From: the human T2T-CHM13v2.0 reference genome, Homo sapiens
Reading direction: 5' to 3' (one strand)
DNA: 64,000 nt
NCBI RefSeq assembly: GCF_009914755.1
Contig: NC_060941.1
Shown piece after piece: positions 58,406 through 64,000 of the stretch. The notes beneath the pieces were generated by a model, which worked only from the letters and a program-made list of their open reading frames with translations, did not search any database and had not been told where the DNA came from. Position 1 is the first letter of the stretch; the number at the start of each line of letters is the position of its first letter. The position numbers were made by a program, and so were the translations under genes.

Positions 58406-59606
58406 AAAGACTGGATCCTGGTCCATCCAAGATGCTGCCCTTGAGACCTCTGGGTTGATGACTGATATGTTGGTCTCTTGGGACAAGGCTGTACAGTTGA
58501 GAAAAGTAGCAAGAACATCAGATCTCTGCAGATAATCTGGCCCCCATAAAAAAGCAATAGCAACTGGGAAAAGGCTAGACTGCTAGGTTCCCAGCTATAC
58601 TGGATTATTAGACAAAGCTACCCACTCCATCTTTGTTTATAGAACTCATTTTCAGGAACAAGTGTTTTATAGTGAGGTGGAGGTTGTAAAGAAGCTCTTT
58701 ATAATGAAGATCCCAAATATGTGAGCCTTCTATCAAGCTTGATCTCAAGGAACTTTACACGGGTGGCAGTTTAGAAGAAAAAGAGAGAAAAGGATAAAGA
58801 AAAAAACTAATAAAAATAGCTGAGATCACTCAACAGTTATCAAGAAACAGATACTACAGTTTTATAACACGAAGTACTAAAAGTATATGCACTCTTAAAA
58901 GGCAATTAAAACGTATGCTCCAAAACTATAAAACATTTTCTTTTCATCTGCAACATAGAGGGCAGATTACAACACATTAATAACGTTTTGTTTAGAGTTC
59001 AGTTTCTGATGGTTTCCAAATGTAGTCTGTGTAGATTAACCAGAAGGAGTCCAGTTCTCTTTTTTAAGAGCGCTTGTAAAGGAAAGCAATGTGGTAAGAT
59101 TGTTATGAAAAGAGAGTGTATTTAGGAAATAGCACTTAGCAGGGTCTCTCTGAATGGCTGCCAGGTCAGGAAGCTGAAGTGCAAGGCTTGGCCCTTGTTC
59201 AGCCCCCCCAGTTCCAGCTTCTTGACCACACAGTACGTCAAGAACATGTCACAAGCCAGCCAGGAAGACTCAGCCCCGCCCATGGGCCAGCTTGGCACGG
59301 CTGCTTTCACATAACCCAGGGCTCCAGAGGGGCCGGAGGCAGGCATTCCAGGGCCACGGGAACATGCAAGTTTTTAAAATAGAAGTGAAGGACTTAAAAA
59401 AAAAAAAAGCCTGGGAATTAAACAGTTGCTGAGTCCTTGAGTCCTTATGGAATATGGTTCCTCATGTAGAGTGGCAGAGGTGAAAAGGGCCTTAAAGGTT
59501 ATCTCATCCTCTGCCCTCTGCTTATAGACAAGGACATTGACCTGCTTACAACCATAGTGATAGAACCAATTGTGGAATCCATATCTGTCAGCTCTTAGTC
59601 TGCTAA

Positions 59607-59991
<385 letters not shown>

Positions 59992-60014
59992 CGTTGCTAT
60001 ACCATTTGTTCCTA

Positions 60015-60300
60015 CTACTTGCCTAACTGTTCTATGTCTCAGTCTCAGTTTCCTTGTCTACAAAATGGAGATAATATCAATGCCTGGGCTGGGCCCGGTG
60101 GCTCACGCCTGTAATCCCAACACTTTGGGAGGCCGAGGCAGGCGGATCACCTGAGGTCAGGAGTTGGAGAGAATATATATATATATAATCAATGTCTGCT
60201 TCACAGAGTTACAAGGATTGATGGAATAAACATGTGTAACATTTACAGTGCCTGGTATGGAATAAGGGCTCAATAATGTTATCTATTCCCATTAATAATA
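60015..60300 (+). mobile_element. MIR interrupted by an Alu 5' fragment
   Basis: tctcagtttccttgtctacaaaatggagataat...acagtgcctgg..gctcaataatgtta. Confidence 0.75.
60087..60187 (+). mobile_element. Alu 5' fragment (84 bp) with (AT)n tail
   Basis: ggctgggcccggtggctcacgcc...gagttggaga then atatat; TSD atcaatg(c/t)ctg. Confidence 0.85.
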
Positions 60301-61312
60301 GTATTATTAGCATTATACTATCATCTGTCTTATTGCTACTACTATTTCTACAGTTGCTACATCAGCAGTCCCAGGAACTTGGCCTACGGCCTAGGCATGG
60401 CGTATGAGCTCTATGGTAGTAGAAGGTCAGACCCAGGATTGGAGGAGGGGCAGCTGAGTAGAGGGGAAGATGAATCTCGGATGCCTCTGGGCCAGTGCTT
60501 CATAAAGTCCTGTGCTCAGATTCCAGCTGTGGAACAGAGGTGCAGAGGTGGATTTTAATGTTATTGTTGTTTTTGCTTTGTTTTGCCTTTCCATTTTTGT
60601 TGTATAGTTTTAGTTGAAAGAGACTTTAGAGATGATTAAGTATACATTACAGTTCGGCCTCCACGGTTTACATGGGGGAAAACTGAAGCGCAGAAAGAAA
60701 AAGTGACTTGCCTTATGTCTTGCTAGCCTTACTTGGTAATTGAGTAGAGCTCTCTTGTCTAATTTACATATAAAAGGAAAACTGGAGAAGAAAGAGCCTT
60801 AGGATAATACTCATAAGATCTAAAATTCCTTTAGCCTTTCTTCTACATCAGGCCCACTGGGACCCTACTTAAAACCCTCATTTTGACCTGGTTCCTCAGT
60901 CAGCATGGAGACAAGCCCGAGGAAAAAACTCAAGAGAGCCGGCCTCCTTCCTTAGGTATTATTAGAGAGCAATCCCCTATAAAAGTTAAGTGGATGTTTG
61001 TTTTTTATTTAAAACCTTCAGGAGATTTAACCCTGCTGGGCTGCTCCTGCCTCACCCACAGCAGTGTCCCTTCAGGCCTCACAGAACACTTCTGCCGTAA
61101 AGAGGGCTTGCTTTCAGAATGCTTAAACAACTCTGACATGCACATTTCTTTGCTTAATACAAGGCTCACTGATTTAGAAGGTAAAATTACTTTCTTAGTT
61201 GATGCCTCAATTGTTTTTTCCTTTGAGTTCTTATCTCTCCTTTGCCCTAGTGTCAAGTCAGTTTTCCTGTTTTGCTAAAATGTTTGATCAACTTTAAGAT
61301 TAGAAAATTTAT

Positions 61313-61621
<309 letters not shown>

Positions 61622-63081
61622 TTAGAAAATTTATACTGCTTTAAATACCCAGTGAGTATAGTATATGATTGCTGGAAAAGTCGTTCATCCTGACCAAGAA
61701 CAATACAATAACAACAAAACCATTACCTGGAAAAACCAACTAGAAATTCAGTGAGAACATTTTAGCTTTTTCCTTTTAAATTTTTAAAATTCTGACGTTG
61801 CCTGGTTACATTGAAACAGCCCTGTTGTGTCATCCTACTTTCTTTTTCCTGGTATTTTCCTCTTTGGGACTTTGGTTTCATTAATCTCAATTTGTTCTGA
61901 AGGCACTAAGGCAGATTTTCAAAGAGCTGTAATTGTCACAGGGAGAGCACAATGACTTATTGAAGTTTCACATGTTGCTCTTTTTGGAACTACCAGAGAT
62001 TGGAACCAATTCTCCATCCACATCTCTATCCGAGAGTTAAGTTTTCTCTTCTCTGGTGCTTGTCAAAAGTATTTCTCCCAGCTAATCTCATTCCCAGTTG
62101 CCAAAGAAAAGATCTCAAGCATAACTCCTCATCTCCAGGTCACCCGACAAGGTAAGAAGAGAGATTAAATGAATGTGCCCAAGTTTCTTTCCCTTACAGC
62201 CTCCAGATCTCCAGAATATACCTTCTTTAGTTTCCACATCACACTTTCCTACATTTCTTCTTAATTTGATGATGTCTTGAGAGTATCTCAGGAAACTGGT
62301 ATGACTACCAAGGGGACAGAGGCTTTTGTAGCGCATCAATACCCCTAAGTCTATCCATCCTTCTCCAGAAACACAGTGGGCACATCTTTGCACCCTGTGG
62401 AATCAATGTTAGTGCTGAAATCAGAGTAGACTTGGCTTTGTACTTTTGTCTGGGTAGTTGGCTTAAGTGCCGTGACTGTATTGAGTGACACTTCTCCATC
62501 AGAATTCTTATTCTTTTGGAAGCCTAGACTATTTCTTCATTTGACCACACTGTGCAGGGTTTTAGTGCTAAAGGGTTCCGGATGTAGCTGCTCTTGTGGA
62601 GAACCTTATCACAGCTTTCTTTTCCCTAAGTTATTTGTGGTAAAGTCCTGGCAGTTTGTTTAGATGTTCAGTGAGTGACACCTAATTGAAGAAGTGGCTG
62701 GGGCTGGACTTCAAGGTGGATGGTTTTCTTACCAAGTACTATGAAGAGATTTGCTCCTAGACTTTAGAGATGGGAAATGCTGCTCTCTTTTCCCCTGAAA
62801 ATTGAGTCTCGTCAAACTGACAAGTTATTTTCTGAAACTCCGAGTCATAATTGTACCATATTTATTTTCTGATTTTTTTTAACCTTTCAGTTAATAAATG
62901 TTTTCCAGCCTCCATCAGCCTCTACTGGTAATCAGGAGAAATGGGCCAATGGCTTTATGTAACTGAGGTTTCTGTTTTAACATGAAAGTACTATATTTAC
63001 CTTCAAAATGACCCTCACTTAGATCAGACTACCTGGGGTTGTCAAGCCTTCCATCTTCAAGCCAAGAGGTAGTTTGGTTTT

Positions 63082-63449
<368 letters not shown>

Positions 63450-63972
63450 TAGGTGTCTTTGTCCATGGAGTGCTATGTGTCCAGGGTTGTTGCCCACTTC
63501 CTGCCTTTGAAACCAGTGAATTGTGTCACCAGAGAGCCTTGGATACAGAGATAAACTGGAGACAGAGTAACACAAAAATAATCATTTCAAAAGAAACCTG
63601 AGGCTTTCAGGGTTGTTGGTATGCCATGGCACAAGGACCCAAAGTGATCTTCTCAGGCCTCAACCCCAGCCCATGCAGATGGTATTTGAGCCACTTACAA
63701 GAAAAGGTGAACCTTAGTACTGCATATAAATAAGTCTCTGAGTAATTCCTTGGAGGTGAACCTAGGTTCTCTTTGAGGTATTTTCTCTACCAAAATCAAG
63801 ATTTTTGGATTTAAAAAAAAATTTACATTATGCTTTTTATTTACACAGCATTTCCGCTCACATGATTTCCATTTAGATCTCAATCTTTGCGATCGGTGTT
63901 GTCATGTCCATTTTGCTGATAAGGCTTAGGGAAAGAAACTCTAAAATCACATTGCTAATAAAGGGCAGAACT

Positions 63973-64000
63973 GGCCAGGCGTGGTGGCTCACGCCTGTAA
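63973..64000 (+). mobile_element. Alu 5' end (cut by window edge)
   Basis: ggccaggcgtggtggctcacgcctgtaa. Confidence 0.9.

Overview
Primate (most likely human) non-coding genomic DNA. About 45 Alu/FLAM/FRAM copies make up roughly a fifth of the window, alongside many MIR and L2 remnants, old L1 fragments, a 5' half of Tigger1, several hAT MITEs (MER5, MER94, MER3/33, Charlie-like), two solo LTRs (an ERV9-family LTR12F-like element and a THE1 MaLR) and several microsatellites. I found no convincing protein-coding exon, tRNA, rRNA, snoRNA or CRISPR-like array. Almost every ORF in the track is either an Alu/L1/Tigger translation or of chance length. The long L1 3' fragments lie on the minus strand and the best-formed splice acceptors I noticed are on the plus strand, which is consistent with (but does not prove) the interior of one very long intron of a plus-strand gene. 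I cannot name the gene from sequence alone. I could not support a new biological system. The best leads are: (i) a motif-dense, structured element at about 3.15-3.5 kb; (ii) two AG|GT recursive-splice-site-like junctions (10515, 33126) plus several cryptic exons; (iii) a plus-oriented LTR12F with 7 CCAAT boxes; (iv) a set of unusual retroelement architectures, including a three-arm Alu, an LTR inserted inside an Alu monomer's target-site duplication (TSD), chimeric Alus and Alu remnants. Subfamily calls come from recalled diagnostic positions and need confirming with RepeatMasker/Dfam. Motif calls are sequence matches only.
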